A DNA stretch of 7,258 nt, taken from contig NC_002252.1 in NCBI RefSeq assembly GCF_000009605.1, forward strand, positions 1 through 7,258, given 5' to 3'. Origin of the DNA: Buchnera aphidicola str. APS (Acyrthosiphon pisum). GTDB lineage: Bacteria > Pseudomonadota > Gammaproteobacteria > Enterobacterales > Enterobacteriaceae. Made by a program: the position numbers and the translations under genes. Below are positions 7,240 to 7,258 of this stretch, piece after piece; positions within the stretch are counted from its first letter, which is position 1; every line of letters begins with the position of its first letter. The notes below the pieces were generated by a model. The model had not been told where the DNA came from and searched no databases. It saw only the letters and a program-made list of their open reading frames with translations.

Positions 7240-7258
7240 AAAACGAAAATTAGATGAA

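Larger units (their letters stand above)
3629..7258. repeat. Tandem repeat unit 2 (3630 bp); its end joins to position 1, consistent with a circular replicon
   Basis: Near-identical to unit 1. The sequence before the window end (aaaacgaaaattagatgaa) matches that before 3629, so joining end to start recreates the internal junction. Confidence 0.95.

Noticed and set aside
7219-7258. trp leader peptide and attenuator upstream of trpE
   Set aside because: I found no short ORF with tandem Trp codons and no attenuator-like hairpin with a U-run immediately upstream of trpE in either unit.
1-7258. Artificial duplication from misassembly of a single-copy 3.6-kb circle
   Set aside because: The units differ by a missense change, a 2-nt coding insertion and several intergenic changes, which argues for two real copies. 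It is not excluded outright, since most differences are in homopolymers and need long-read confirmation.

Overview
The window reads as one complete circular plasmid made of two near-identical tandem units: unit 1 about 1-3628 and unit 2 about 3629-7258. The last bases (…aaaacgaaaattagatgaa) join to the first bases (attttttt…) to recreate the unit 1/unit 2 junction at 3610-3640. Each unit carries trpE (anthranilate synthase component I), a stand-alone trpG (component II, glutamine amidotransferase, not fused to trpD), a terminator-like hairpin, and about 1.46 kb of AT-rich intergenic DNA. That intergenic DNA holds a perfect DnaA box and small repeats/palindromes that look like a replication origin. 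AT content, homopolymers, gene content and total length match my recollection of the Buchnera aphidicola trpEG amplification plasmid (pTrp) of the pea aphid symbiont. The core system is therefore known biology: gene dosage amplification of the feedback-regulated first step of tryptophan synthesis. Worth a second look: (i) the two copies are not identical. trpE2 has a 2-nt insertion that removes its C-terminus, plus a Met->Val change aligned with E. coli/Salmonella TrpE Met293, a feedback-inhibition position. (ii) trpE has no in-frame ATG; an ATG just upstream is separated from the frame by a T7 tract and would be in frame only with T8. (iii) The intergenic region contains what looks like a decayed, unidentified protein gene. 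(iv) Single-base differences between units cluster mainly in homopolymers. I found no evidence of a wholly novel system.
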